Below, piece after piece: positions 61,031-64,000 of a DNA stretch of 64,000 nt. Source of the DNA: Lytechinus pictus. Taxonomy: Eukaryota. The notes below the pieces were generated by a model. It was not told where the DNA came from. It ran no database searches and saw nothing but the letters and a program-made list of their open reading frames with translations. The stretch covers positions 7,070,001 through 7,134,000 of the forward strand of contig NC_087250.1 in assembly GCF_037042905.1 (NCBI RefSeq), in the 5' to 3' direction. Position 1 is the stretch's first letter; each line of letters opens with the position of its first letter. Both the position numbers and the translations under genes were made by a program.

Positions 61031-64000
61031 GCTAGCGCTGCACGCTTGCATTTTGATTGGCGAGTTATGTATGTCTCAATATTGATTATACAACAAACTA
61101 CTTGAAATCCCCTTTTCATGACGGTTTATCAAAAAAATTGGCTCACGGTTTGCGTTCGCATTAATGGTTAAATATATTAACTTGATGCATCATATTTATA
61201 GTTACAAAGGTGCTTGAAATGTCCACATTTCAGGCCATAATATCATCAGATTTCGCGCCCTCATTATGCATTCATGAATATTTAAGATATTTCGGGTGAT
61301 TTCATGCAACGGTCTAGAGTGGGCCATAATGTGCCTGCACTGTACATCTATAGGTCCTTGGTTGAAGCAGATCCTATATAGCTATAACGACCCCTTGAAC
61401 CTGAATTGGGTCAATTACGCCGTCTAGCACGTTTTGAGAACAATGGATGAAGGTGTGAAAATCACAAAGCAGCTAACAATAGGAAAAATCCGTTTCAATT
61501 GAAGTTATGCTATAGATTGCGTATAGCGGTTTGAATTTGAAACCCTGAACATGCTGAATGCCTCATTGTCTGTATGTTACTACTGTGTACTAGTAGGTCC
61601 ATGGTTATAGACTCTATTATAGTTGCGTGCATGTCTTCTCCAAGCCGATTCATAGCTTGTCGGTGGCTTTAATGCACGTAAAATACAAATATACATGTAA
61701 CTCTAGGTCCCATTATAGGGCATTTTTAACGGAATCGCCGATGAGATAATTTTGACAAAACAAAAATGAATCACACTAATTATGCAGCAGCTATGTTTCT
61801 AAACATTAAATGATCAAAGAAAAGACACAGGATGATATTTATTAAATTTGTTAATGGCGGCTGGTCTTTATGATAAAAACATAGGTCTATTTTATCTTTA
61901 AGACATGAGAAAACAAATAAATCAATTATATAATTAATGTGTGTGTTTTACTTTTTACAAACGTGTATCAATCGAACATGCTGACTACATGAAGAGTGCT
62001 GAGGTCCATTACATGATTTATTGGTATTTACACCGAGTTCTCAAATAATGGTACAAGATTTTAGAAAAGAAGTTTTGAGTGTCATCTCGTGTACATCAAA
62101 TCTTAGCAAATGTTAAAAAGTTTCTGAAATGTCAATACTGTGAAAGTGTATGCACTTCATTAAACGTGGACATCCCGGAGATTTCTTCCAAAAGAGCGAC
62201 CCATTTCAGCGGCACATCCCCGTATACCTTATTTCGTAAGGCCCCCCCCCCCTTTCCTGGCTCTAATTGTATTCAAAATTTTCTGAACTCTAAGATATTT
62301 GACTTGCACGTAATTAATTTCCTCGTAATTTTTCTCTTATGGCTCGACCGTATTGATCTTTTATTTTCACTTTGCCGATACCATAATAAGACTCGTGACG
62401 TGAAACGAAAATGTGTAGATTACCGTTGACCTATTATCTAAAAGTCAGATCCGACTTGAAGAGAAGCGATTATCACATAAAGGGTCGTAATCAGTCATGC
62501 ATTAAAGTTTTATATCTACCGGTATTAGAAATATGTATTTGTACCCGACTTTGTTACATTTCTCTTAATGCTGGCTTCCAATCGTAAAATTGTGAGTGGA
62601 ATTGTTTTGCACCAAGTCCGGCTGCCTCCGACTGCACAAGCTTTGACCCCCGTTGACTACCGGTAGATCCACGGCCAACCGTCGCGACGCGTCGTCTCGA
62701 CTCTACTGGGTATTGGAGAAGTACCAGGCCAGGGTCGAGTCACTTGTACAAGAGCAAGTTCTGCATTTGCCGGACTTTTGAAGAGCCTCTATTTTGAGGC
62801 TCGGGTTGTGGAGTATGAATTTTTCGTTTGTTTGGTTCTCTGGTTATTTTATAATTTTTTTCTTTTACGGGCATTATCCCTTCTACTACCACAGTGCGCC
62901 CCCACAAAAAAACTATACACTTTTGAAATGGCTGCCAAATAAAAAATATATCACTTTGGGGGGGAATACTTACATGTTATGGAAGCCATTAAAATCAACT
63001 TTCATATGACACCAAAAAGTTGAAATACTATCACGATTGAGCGAACACTGCCTACTGAAACAAACGGTATGATAATTATGCTGGGCTGGAATTAGCCTTC
63101 CATTTTTTGTCAGTTTTTGAGGGGCAAATCATTTGGCTTTGGAACTTGCAATGTTAAGGGCGTTGTGATAAATTATTGATCAACCAGTTATGAATGTTTA
63201 AGCAAGTTTCATGAATTATTAAATTGAACAAAAATTACACATAAATTACACAAAATTACACATCTTGGGCAACATTTCAACATTATCATGTGGCTCTCAG
63301 CAATGTGTTCATTGGAGTCAGGAAAATAGGGGGTGAGATTTGACGTAAGTGGGAGAAGTAGGTTGATGGAAAAAGGGTCAACAGAACATTTTAGCCCCCT
63401 CCCTGTCTCTCGCCCTCCCCTTCTGTTGAGTGACTGATTTTTATTGTCATGTACGCGTGAAGTCCAGAGCAGAATGTTAATTTAATTATAATGATAATTG
63501 GGGCATCAACTTTTCCTATCAATCAACAATTTATCAATAAATCAACTATTTCAATGGGCAATGTAATCAATCAAACATTCAGTTTTTCAATAAAGTATTT
63601 CATAAATTATAATCAAGTCAATTTCTTGGTAATCATTCAATAAAAAGGAAAAAAAATGACTATCAGCCACTGGTCACTTCAGTGGCAAATAAGTTTTGAA
63701 TAGGCTTCCATCCAGGAAGTGAGAGGGGTCTGGGAAATTGAGGGGGGGGTGGAGATACATACGAATTTTATTTGTAAAATGACAAAAAGATGATGAATGC
63801 CATTTCAACCAAGTCTTACCATATCTCGCCCTCTCGCTTGTAACAGGTACCATCACATTACTCCGACTCACAAAACACACTGCTTAGGTCTACAAGATGA
63901 ATAGGCTACACTAAATTTACAATTCCTGTTCACTCAACCATCATTCTTACAAGATTAAAAAATCATATTTGTTGGGGAAAATCCAGCATAAGTGTTACCT

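Noticed and set aside
63820..63890. Possible upstream exon ending ATG|GTAAGA
   Set aside because: The donor is good, but all three frames from the TAG acceptor contain stops and nothing resembles a signal peptide or LRR. It could be a UTR exon but is unsupported.

Overview
This is eukaryotic, AT-rich, repeat-laden animal DNA. The SINE/MITE families resemble those of echinoderms (sea urchin), which is an inference. The window is dominated by one large minus-strand gene. I reconstructed 35 exons by hand (56882 down to 159; 5118 coding nt, about 1700 aa), with every junction phase-compatible and no internal stop. Domain order N to C: LRRs, LRRCT, FN3-like, fibro-slime/PA14-like, 2 atypical cadherin repeats, discoidin (F5/8C), Cys-rich (TNFR/ephrin-receptor-like) repeats, EGF repeats, TSP type-3 repeats, TSP C-terminal L-lectin domain. 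This fits a mega-thrombospondin-type ECM protein. Neither start nor stop codon was found, so the gene probably extends beyond both edges. The most striking non-coding pattern is that at least 10 of the 35 exons are flanked by degenerate tandem copies ('echoes') of their own exon end plus splice site, from one extra copy up to an array of about 15. The introns also hold a 5.4-kb non-autonomous piggyBac-like element, many MITEs with clear TIR/TSD, about 4 tRNA-derived SINE families, a Penelope-type hammerhead ribozyme motif inside a long inverted repeat, a 180-bp satellite array and micro/minisatellites. No CRISPR, rRNA or genuine tRNA was found.
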